From contig NC_069002.1 in the NCBI RefSeq assembly GCF_001194135.2, positions 22,983,805 through 23,047,804 of the forward strand: DNA of 64,000 nucleotides, read 5' to 3'. This document shows positions 53,571 through 64,000 of this stretch, piece after piece (position 1 is the stretch's first letter; every line of letters begins with the position of its first letter). The DNA comes from Octopus bimaculoides (Eukaryota). The notes beneath the pieces were generated by a model that worked only from the letters and a program-made list of their open reading frames with translations, made no database searches and was not told the origin of the DNA. A program made the position numbers and the translations under genes.

Positions 53571-53835
53571 AGCACTATTCAAGTATGATCATTGCCAGGG
53601 CCACTGGCTGGCTCCTGTGCCAGTGGCACATAAAAACCACCATTTAAATGTGATTGTTGCTAGCGTCACCTGACTGGCTCCTGTACTGGTGGCACATAAA
53701 AAGCACCATTGAAGCGTGGTCGTTGCCAGTGCTTTTGGACTGACTCCTGTGCAGGTGGCACGTATAAAGCACCATTTGAGTATGGTCATTTCCAGAACTG
53801 CCTGACTGGCCCTTGTGCCGGTGGCACATAAAAGC
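53571..53835 (+). repeat. About 65-bp tandem repeat (4 copies) in the LINE 3'UTR
   Basis: Recurrent gcaccatt...gactggctcctgtgc..gtggcac.taaaa units downstream of the RTE fragment. Confidence 0.8.
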
Positions 53836-54081
53836 ATCCACTACACTCTCGGAGAGGTTGGTGTTAGGAAGGGTATCCAGTTGTAGAAACTTTGTCAGAT
53901 CAGAATGGAACCTGGTGCAGCTCTCTGACTCGCTTGCCCTCAGTCAAACCGTCCAACCCATGCCAGCATGGAAAGCAGACGTTAAACAATGATGATGATG
54001 ATGATTTCATGAACAGGAATGTTTTTGTGGTTAAGAATGTCACTTTGTAATCGAATGGTTTTTCAATACAATCTTTTAAAA

Positions 54082-54358
54082 CAGTGGTTCCCAAACTTTT
54101 GTGGGCTGCTGCCCCCTTGACATTCAGGCCACTTTCCTAATGCCCACACCCCAACCAACCATCACAAATATAGACCTATTTCTGAAGCAAATTCAAAGTA
54201 ACTGTATTTCACAAATAAAACTTAACATATTGAACCCATTATTTTGTTGTTTTTACATGAATCACCACCCCATTATCGTCCCACTTTTCTTCAATGCCCC
54301 CTAGAAACTTTCCACCACCCCCAGGAGGGGGCAATACCGCCCACCTTGGGAACCACTG
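54082..54358. mobile_element. hAT MITE
   Basis: TIR cagtggttcccaa/ttgggaaccactg; TSD ttttaaaa/ttttaaag (7 of 8). Confidence 0.88.
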
Positions 54359-54896
54359 TTTTAAAGCATTTCGTTAACTTATGAAGCAGATATTATTGAA
54401 AATAAGACATTTGGGTACTTTTTTTGTTTTCTGGCCCCCATGGAAATCGAAGCGTTTACTTTCTCAAAAGTAGTGGGATTCCAGGTGACATTTCGGCATG
54501 AAAGTAAAATGGCAAGCGACAGAGTGTTGGCTAAATACTCTAACACATCCAGTTTGATATTGTTGTTATTGAAGTTGGATCCACCAAATATTTTAATTAA
54601 ATTCCTAATTAACACAAGCAAAGTGTAGTTATTAACTAATCGGGCATATCAAATGTTAATAGAAGAGAGTTTGAAAGATTAACAATAAATACACAAGACA
54701 TAATTACTTTTCTGCAAAATTATGGTCTTCTTTGTTGTGATGGAATTTGGTCCTAGTTGTGGTGAGGATGTAGACCCCAATGAAAACTGCATCATGCCGC
54801 TGGAGGTCTGATGAGGTGTACCAAAAGCATTTCTATCAAATGTGTTTTTCTCCAAGGAAAACTATCTTTTGTACGAGTCATTGAGGAAATGTTATT

Positions 54897-55110
54897 CTTT
54901 TCTAGTCTCGGCACAAGGCCCAAAATTTTTGGGGAGGGAGTCAGTCGATTAGATCGACCCCAGTATGCAAATGGTACTTAATTTATGAACCCTGAAAGAA
55001 TGGAAGGCAAAGTCAACCTCGGCAGAATTTGAACTCAGAACGTAAAGACAGACAAAATACCACTAAGCATTTCATCCGGCGTGCTAATGTTTCTGGCTGC
55101 TTGCCACCTT
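54897..55110 (-). mobile_element. Family B SINE, well preserved
   Basis: ggcacaaggcccaaaatt...gtcgattagatcgaccccagt...gaatttgaactcagaacgtaaagac...tgccacctt. Confidence 0.9.
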
Positions 55111-55836
55111 ATACTAGGTAAATGTTAAAGACCATCAAAACACTTTTGTTTTATCCTGCTTTCAAACTGCTTTCATTTTTTTATGCAACGGATAAGAATT
55201 TTTATCTTTTGGTTTGGAAATTGCCTACTTCTGACAAAACCATTATTTTCACTTTAATGGAAATGAAGTAAAGCGTTTCTTGTTTAAAAATCAAAGCTAT
55301 TTCAAAAAGTGACAAAGAAGCCCCACTGTAACCACCTTGGGTTTTTTCTTCTATAGCCCATGACCAACTAGTGCCATGTAAGAGAATTTGGTGTAAGGAA
55401 ACTGCTAGAAGCCCATTATATATGCAAATGTATGTGAGCGTGTGTGTGTGCATGTGTGTGGAAATGTTTATATTCGACACTTGTCTTCTGTTGAGTGACA
55501 TAGGACTGATGTTTATGTTTGTTCCTTTTTGGCATTCTGGTCAGTCACTGGGCACTTTCAGAAACCTGTTGAGTTAAGAAATCCTTTCCTGTGAAACAGG
55601 TGAGGGCTAGCAACAGGAAGAGCACCCAACCATAAACTCCTGCCTGAAATTAGTCTCTCTCTAAACCTATACTTGCATGGGAAAATGGACTTTAAATGCA
55701 TGAATGAACAAATGAGTATCATATCTATTATGTTGGAATTCCCATTACAATAAACTAGGTTCCCTGTTAATAGATTAGTTCTTACAACATTTAGCAGTCA
55801 GCTGGAAATCAGATCAGTATAAGGAAAGAAAATAAT

Positions 55837-55883
<47 letters not shown>

Positions 55884-56584
55884 NNNNNNNNNNNNNNNNN
55901 NNNNNNNNNNNNNNNNNNNNNNNNNNNNNNNNNNNNNNNNNNNNNNNNNNNNNNNNNNNNNNNNNNNNNNNNNNNNNNNNNNNNNNNNNNNNNNNNNNNN
56001 NNNNNNNNNNNNNNNNNNNNNNNNNNNNNNNNNNNNNNNNNNNNNNNNNNNNNNNNNNNNNNNNNNNNNNNNNNNNNNNNNNNNNNNNNNNNNNNNNNNN
56101 NNNNNNNNNNNNNNNNNNNNNNNNNNNNNNNNNNNNNNNNNNNNNNNNNNNNNNNNNNNNNNNNNNNNNNNNNNNNNNNNNNNNNNNNNNNNNNNNNNNN
56201 NNNNNNNNNNNNNNNNNNNNNNNNNNNNNNNNNNNNNNNNNNNNNNNNNNNNNNNNNNNNNNNNNNNNNNNNNNNNNNNNNNNNNNNNNNNNNNNNNNNN
56301 NNNNNNNNNNNNNNNNNNNNNNNNNNNNNNNNNNNNNNNNNNNNNNNNNNNNNNNNNNNNNNNNNNNNNNNNNNNNNNNNNNNNNNNNNNNNNNNNNNNN
56401 NNNNNNNNNNNNNNNNNNNNNNNNNNNNNNNNNNNNNNNNNNNNNNNNNNNNNNNNNNNNNNNNNNNNNNNNNNNNNNNNNNNNNNNNNNNNNNNNNNNN
56501 NNNNNNNNNNNNNNNNNNNNNNNNNNNNNNNNNNNNNNNNNNNNNNNNNNNNNNNNNNNNNNNNNNNNNNNNNNNNNNNNNNNN

Positions 56585-56631
<47 letters not shown>

Positions 56632-57660
56632 ATATATAAATGTCCATGTATATATATATCTATATATATGTATAACAATATATAATGTATATATGCATAT
56701 ATATATATATGCATGTATATGTTTGTATGTATATATATGTGTGTGCTTATATGTATGTATATTTAGATATATATATGCATATATATATATATATATATAT
56801 GTATATGTATATATAAAAGAGACCACTAAGTGGACTGCTAATGTGCTAGAAGAAGAAGATCAAATTTTTCTTTTTTTTCTTTGAGAACTTTTCGGTGATC
56901 TTCTTCTNNNNNNNNNNNNNNNNNNNNNNNNNNNNNNNNNNNNNNNNNNNNNNNNNNNNNNNNNNNNNNNNNNNNNNNNNNNNNNNNNNNNNNNNNNNNN
57001 NNNNNNNNNNNNNNNNNNNNNNNNNNNNNNNNNNNNNNNNNNNNNNNNNNNNNNNNNNNNNNNNNNNNNNNNNNNNNNNNNNNNNNNNNNNNNNNNNNNN
57101 NNNNNNNNNNNNNNNNNNNNNNNNNNNNNNNNNNNNNNNNNNNNNNNNNNNNNNNNNNNNNNNNNNNNNNNNNNNNNNNNNNNNNNNNNNNNNNNNNNNN
57201 NNNNNNNNNNNNNNNNNNNNNNNNNNNNNNNNNNNNNNNNNNNNNNNNNNNNNNNNNNNNNNNNNNNNNNNNNNNNNNNNNNNNNNNNNNNNNNNNNNNN
57301 NNNNNNNNNNNNNNNNNNNNNNNNNNNNNNNNNNNNNNNNNNNNNNNNNNNNNNNNNNNNNNNNNNNNNNNNNNNNNNNNNNNNNNNNNNNNNNNNNNNN
57401 NNNNNNNNNNNNNNNNNNNNNNNNNNNNNNNNNNNNNNNNNNNNNNNNNNNNNNNNNNNNNNNNNNNNNNNNNNNNNNNNNNNNNNNNNNNNNNNNNNNN
57501 NNNNNNNNNNNNNNNNNNNNNNNNNNNNNNNNNNNNNNNNNNNNNNNNNNNNNNNNNNNNNNNNNNNNNNNNNNNNNNNNNNNNNNNNNNNNNNNNNNNN
57601 NNNNNNNNNNNNNNNNNNNNNNNNNNNNNNNNNNNNNNNNNNNNNNNNNNNNNNNNNNNN

Positions 57661-57701
<41 letters not shown>

Positions 57702-57734
57702 GTATATATATCTGTATATACATACATATATATC

Positions 57735-58250
57735 TGTCATCCTCATCATCATTCAATGGCCATTGTCCATGCTGGTATGGGTAGGACAGTTTGACCATGG
57801 CCTGCTAAGCTGGAAGGCTGCACCCGACTCCCGTCTGATTTGGCATTTTTTCTGTGGCTGGATGTTCTTCCTAACATTCTGGGTGTGTAATGAGTGCTCT
57901 TATGTGCCACTGGCACAGGTGCTATTTGTGTGACACTGGTATCTGCCATATGGATTGGTCTTCTTCTCAAGCATGACATAATGCCAAAAGTTTCAGTCAT
58001 TACCTCCATGAGGCCCAGCACTCGAAAGAATCTCAGACACCTTGACTATGTGAGGTCCAATGCTTGAAAAGAACTTGGCCACTTTGCCTTCCTGAGCCCC
58101 AACACTTGAAAGGAAGTCAGCCACTTTTGCCTCCATGAGGTTCAAAGGTTCATGAAGATCATGCTTCACCACTCATCCTGTGTCTTCCTGGATCTACCCC
58201 TAACACAGGTTCCCTCCACAGTTAGAGATGGCATTTATTTATGCAGCTGT
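57735..58250 (-). mobile_element. RTE-type LINE 3' end with (GAT)n-tailed UTR
   Basis: Reverse complement of the motif at 53205-53405 (ctcatcctgtgtcttcctggatctacccctaacacaggttccctccac) plus UTR. Confidence 0.7.
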
Positions 58251-58275
58251 CCTTGTCTCCAAATATACACACACA

Positions 58276-58307
<32 letters not shown>

Positions 58308-58308
58308 C

Positions 58309-58393
<85 letters not shown>

Positions 58394-58699
58394 CATGCAT
58401 ACACATATTTAAAGTTTTCTTGATATAAATGTAGCGCATGATTTTGTTATGAATCACACCAGCAACAGATCTGCTCTTTTATACTGTATATTCATCCCAA
58501 AATAGATTCTCAACCTTGCATTTAATGACTCCAGCTTGGGACATCGAAAAAAAAAAAAATCATTACTTTGGCAATGATATTGAGACTGTATACATATAAG
58601 AATCCTTTGTTGCTGTTCACAAGTGATCATTCATGGGTGACAACACTGAGCTTTTTAAAATCTAATGTGACCACAAACAGCATCAGTAGAATCATCTGT

Positions 58700-59095
58700 G
58701 GGCCTTAGATTCTATTATCTTTTCTATCAACTGCAGGAAGTTCTTCTGAGCCATAAACTGCCGTCAGTTTTGTTCAGTGTGAGATGTTCACAATGAACAG
58801 AGTTGAAACAGATCATTGCTGAGTTTCAAGAACTTGAGGTGGTCTTTTTTGGCATCATGAAATCTCTGTGTTTTATCGTTTGTTTATTTGTGCTAGAGTT
58901 ACTGAGAACTTACTCGTGATAAAGTCATTTCTTTTTAAACATGAAGTAACGAAAGCAGATAACAGGACCAGCCCATCACATGTGGTAATTGATGAGGTGA
59001 GCTTCCATGCTGAGATAGCCACCCTTATCCAGTGCTTCTTTATCGAGTGTGAGAGATTTCTAACTCTTGCTTCATATATGCTTTACAACTGCCCA
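58700..59095 (-). mobile_element. RTE/BovB-like LINE RT C-terminal relic
   Basis: Minus strand: LSMEAHLINYHM*WAGPVI..., resembling SIEAM...QLRWAGHV.RM, followed by degenerate K.FY.EL and KRYKD-like segments. Confidence 0.5.
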
Positions 59096-59165
59096 GAATG
59101 AGTGTGTGTGTGGTGTAGACATAGTCATATGTTTGTATATGTATTTATCTCTTTCCGTTAATCTT

Positions 59166-59203
<38 letters not shown>

Positions 59204-59242
59204 CTCTCTCTTTATTTTCTCTCCCAGTTTCTTTCTGTGTTT

Positions 59243-59278
59243 CTTTCTGTTGAAAAGCGTAGACTTGAAATTTTAAAG
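59243..59278 (+). ncRNA. Second copy of the variant hammerhead-like motif, CpG-decayed
   Basis: CUUU-CUGUUGA-A-AAGC-guag-ACUU-GAAA-UU-UU-AAAG; retains GAAA and helix I. Confidence 0.4.
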
Positions 59279-59344
59279 ACTTTCTCACTTCCCGAGTGTT
59301 AAACTACACCACCTGTCTTCGACATTTGTTTTTTTGTGAATTCT

Positions 59345-59397
<53 letters not shown>

Positions 59398-59431
59398 TAT
59401 ATGTATATATGTAAATATCTACATATGCATA

Positions 59432-59466
<35 letters not shown>

Positions 59467-60044
59467 ATNNNNNNNNNNNNNNNNNNNNNNNNNNNNNNNN
59501 NNNNNNNNNNNNNNNNNNNNNNNNNNNNNNNNNNNNNNNNNNNNNNNNNNNNNNNNNNNNNNNNNNNNNNNNNNNNNNNNNNNNNNNNNNNNNNNNNNNN
59601 NNNNNNNNNNNNNNNNNNNNNNNNNNNNNNNNNNNNNNNNNNNNNNNNNNNNNNNNNNNNNNNNNNNNNNNNNNNNNNNNNNNNNNNNNNNNNNNNNNNN
59701 NNNNNNNNNNNNNNNNNNNNNNNNNNNNNNNNNNNNNNNNNNNNNNNNNNNNNNNNNNNNNNNNNNNNNNNNNNNNNNNNNNNNNNNNNNNNNNNNNNNN
59801 NNNNNNNNNNNNNNNNNNNNNNNNNNNNNNNNNNNNNNNNNNNNNNNNNNNNNNNNNNNNNNNNNNNNNNNNNNNNNNNNNNNNNNNNNNNNNNNNNNNN
59901 NNNNNNNNNNNNNNNNNNNNNNNNNNNNNNNNNNNNNNNNNNNNNNNNNNNNNNNNNNNNNNNNNNNNNNNNNNNNNNNNNNNNNNNNNNNNNNNNNNNN
60001 NNNNNNNNNNNNNNNNNNNNNNNNNNNNNNNNNNNNNNNNNNNN

Positions 60045-60110
<66 letters not shown>

Positions 60111-60225
60111 CATATATATATATATCTCTCTCTATATATAGACATGTGTCTGTGTATATACATATATAGTTGTATTAATGAAGTGAAACCAAGTAGTGTG
60201 CACTGCTCCTTAGCATAACATGAAA

Positions 60226-60270
<45 letters not shown>

Positions 60271-60314
60271 ACATACTATACATACATACATAAACACACA
60301 CACACACACACACA

Positions 60315-60348
<34 letters not shown>

Positions 60349-60614
60349 TATATAAAGCTCCATCCACTTTAGTCTCTAATTTCACCACTCACTCCCAGCA
60401 GTGACCATCCCCCCATCAGCATTACTCACTTTCTCTCTGTTATTTCATTAGTTCCTACTGTTGTCTGATAATGGAACTCAGCTCAGAATTCACATGACTT
60501 CACGGGCAACTCTATTTATATATACTTACACAGAATCTATTATGTGTGAATACACAGACACACACACACACACACTGTTACACACACATACACTTACATA
60601 TATATGTTTATGTA

Positions 60615-60654
<40 letters not shown>

Positions 60655-60849
60655 CATGTGTATGTACACATACGTATATTTACATGCATATACATATATA
60701 TATATCAGAATATTTGTATACGCGCATATATATAATGTTTCTGTGTGTTTGCAGATACATATATGTATATGTGTATATGTATGTGTATATCTCAATGTAT
60801 GTACGTATGAGTGTGTGTATATATATGTATAAACATACACATGCATATG

Positions 60850-60896
<47 letters not shown>

Positions 60897-61486
60897 GGAG
60901 GGAGAGGGAGATATACACACACATATACATCTCACACTATATATGTATAGAGATAGAGAGATGGTGCTAGACATGCACACGCATACAGTTCCATTGAAAG
61001 TTTCACATACACGCATGTCTGCATACAACACCCCGCCCACTCACAAATATCAAAAGAATACATATATACACACACACACACATATATATATAAATATATG
61101 TATGTATGTATGTATGTATATAATTGGCCATATGTCTTCGTATACATATATTCATGCTGTTCCGTATCAACATTTTATCTGTCCACGCAGGCATGNNNNN
61201 NNNNNNNNNNNNNNNNNNNNNNNNNNNNNNNNNNNNNNNNNNNNNNNNNNNNNNNNNNNNNNNNNNNNNNNNNNNNNNNNNNNNNNNNNNNNNNNNNNNN
61301 NNNNNNNNNNNNNNNNNNNNNNNNNNNNNNNNNNNNNNNNNNNNNNNNNNNNNNNNNNNNNNNNNNNNNNNNNNNNNNNNNNNNNNNNNNNNNNNNNNNN
61401 NNNNNNNNNNNNNNNNNNNNNNNNNNNNNNNNNNNNNNNNNNNNNNNNNNNNNNNNNNNNNNNNNNNNNNNNNNNNNNNNNNNNNN

Positions 61487-61534
<48 letters not shown>

Positions 61535-62695
61535 GTATATATATATATGTATGTGTGTGTGTGTGTGTGTGTGTGAGGGTATGTGGCTTACTGATTAGGG
61601 TGTTGCACTTATGACCACTAGGTCGTGGGTTCAATTCACAGACTGGGCAGCATGTTGTGTTCTTGAGCAAAACACTTACATGTTGCTCCAGTCCCCCTTT
61701 TGATCAAGTTGGGAGGAGTGTTGGCCTGCTTACCTAGCCAGCAGGGTGGGGGTATCATTTGAAGACTAAGAGATTGCAAAGTGCATTGTGACCAGTGATG
61801 TGTAACGACATCTGATAGTCTGGTCAGTAACATGATATAAGATACATATATATATTATCTACACATATATACATATATAGAGGAAACATATATATACACA
61901 GACACACACACACACACATATTTATATACATTCACAAACATATATCTATATATATACACACACACTCACATACACTACATGTATCACTATGTATGTGTGT
62001 GTATTTACATGTATATATGTGTATATATATTTTCATGTGTGAGTGTCTGTGTATAGACACACACACACACACTCTTTTAGATATGCGCATACATGCACAT
62101 ATATGTAAAGTGTTTTTTTTCCTTAGTTTCCATTCCGTTTTCATTCCCCTCCTTCCTTCTCCCCCCACACCACGATATCAGTGTCACTCTGCAAACGTAT
62201 TTTCCCTGTTAGTGTTAAGCGAAACAAATAAAAAAAAAAACAGTTACCAAAGATATAAAAATGCAAAAAGAAAAAGCCACAAAACACCCAGAAAGAAAAA
62301 GAAAAAAAATGGTAAGAAAATCAATGGAGCGCATACTGAGTCAGAAATTGTGATTGGTTGTCGATTGGTTAGAGAAATTGTAACATGTGGTTTCTACAAA
62401 GAACCAATCATTTCACAAGACGTACACTTTGAATTTCTTGGAACAGGCATTGCAACTTTACTACTGCAATGGCATTCATTGTCTGCTTTTTGTGTGTGTG
62501 TTTTTTTTTCCATTTTGATTTTGGAGCTTTTTATTCTGAACTTTCTTTCATGTGTTAAACCATTTTTTTTCTTTTATATTTGGTATCTTATTACTCTCAG
62601 CAGCGGTCATTTATGTATGCATGTATGTATATACATATGCACTTACACATGTATATAGGTATAAGAGTGTGTGTGTATTTGTCATGAATCTTAAA

Positions 62696-62746
<51 letters not shown>

Positions 62747-62813
62747 NNNNNNNNNNACATGTATATGTGTGTATATACACACACATATATATATCTATCT
62801 ATCTATGTATATA

Positions 62814-62877
<64 letters not shown>

Positions 62878-64000
62878 TGTATGTATGTATGTATGTACAG
62901 TTGTCGATAAATTTCATTTGTAACTTCTAGTTGCACCAAAGCTCATTAATATAATTATTATTAATTTATAAAAACACATCTTGCTGAAAGTAATTGAAAG
63001 GATTTCTTAAACTTTAGCAAAACCATGACTTTTTAATGACAGGATATAATTAATTAATGGAATAATAATAATAATAATAATCTCAAATTTTGGCAGAAGG
63101 TCAGCAATTTTTTTTTTTTTTAGTGGGGTGTAAGTTGATTACATTGACCCCAAGAGGATGATTATTATAGCCTGTGCTCAGGTGCACTGCAACTCTTTGG
63201 TGTTGATCCATGAATGTAACAGATACGAAGGTACATATTGTGCGAAGGCCCTGAGGGTAATCAAGAATAGAACGAACTTTAAACTTGCCATTAATGGATG
63301 TAACTTAAGTGCAATAAGGCATTTAACCATTTTCAATTTTGTTACTTTAGCAACCCCACCACATTTAGATCATAAAAAAACCAAAAAAAACGTGTATATA
63401 AGAAATTTTTAAAATGAATAAAATAAAGATATTTTTAAAATGTTTAAATTGGAAAAAAAACACCATCCAAGCTGTGTATGAAATGAAAGAATTCTAACCA
63501 AAAGGAAGAATATAATTGTATAATAACTGTTTTACTTGAGTTATTATTGTTTAGGTCCCCAGGACTGTTCTGATCATATAAAACCTATGAGCACAGTCAT
63601 TCCGTCTGTGACCATCCAGACTTTTGGAGTATATACAACTATAAAATGTGTCGCTTTTTTAAAGACTGTAGGCTGTGATTTGAGGGATACTTAGCAGTTA
63701 TTTCTAGCTGGGTCACTGACTGTATTCAGACTTCTTTTTTTGTTTCTATTTTATGTCAGTTATATATTTCTATTTGACACAGCATTCCTGTTTTTTTTGG
63801 TGGAGGTGAGGACATTTAAGCATTGACAGTAAAATGATTGAAGAATTTGGAGTGAAAAGAGAAACTCCTTAGATTCATTGTTAGTAAATTGGCTGGAAGA
63901 ATTTAGAGTGGAAACGAGGACCATTGCTGCTTTTTTAATGAGGTTGTCAGAAGTGAAAGTGAAAATAAGGATCTTAGATTAACTGTCAACAAAGGGTTAG

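Noticed and set aside
54804-54835. CTGATGA-GGTgtACC-AAAA
   Set aside because: No GAAA-helix III-NUH arrangement and no helix I pairing.
56849-56907. Perfect 12-bp inverted repeat agaagaagatca/tgatcttcttct
   Set aside because: It is truncated by a gap, is low-complexity and has no ribozyme core, so it cannot be interpreted.
61993-62658. 221-aa ORF without N residues
   Set aside because: It starts and ends in microsatellites, contains A-rich and T-rich low-complexity runs, and has no recognisable domain.
156-62910. Most supplied ORFs (poly-YI, HT, CV, N, I, L and X-filled)
   Set aside because: They are translations of microsatellites or N gaps and carry no protein signal.

Overview
AT-rich eukaryotic scaffold from a short-read assembly, with many N gaps and very dense (TA)n, (CA)n, (TATG)n, (AAT)n and (GAT)n microsatellites. 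The SINE families and overall style resemble cephalopod (Octopus-like) DNA, which is an inference. I found no host protein-coding exon, rRNA, true tRNA or CRISPR array that I can support, and the supplied ORFs are microsatellite or gap artefacts. The window reads as intronic or intergenic transposon debris: Penelope-like RT/GIY-YIG, maT (DD37D) and Tigger transposase relics, R4/Dong-like and RTE LINE 3' ends, at least three tRNA-derived SINE families, and hAT, piggyBac-like and Tc1-like MITEs with intact target-site duplications. The main result is seven type I hammerhead-ribozyme motifs from about five unrelated sequence families. All have the palindromic minimal helix III typical of Penelope pseudo-LTRs and retrozymes. 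They include a 276-bp tandem unit with an exact inverted copy (10.6-11.9 kb), forms with long helix II inserts, and a family with a non-canonical CUGUUGA-R core. All structures were derived by eye and are untested.
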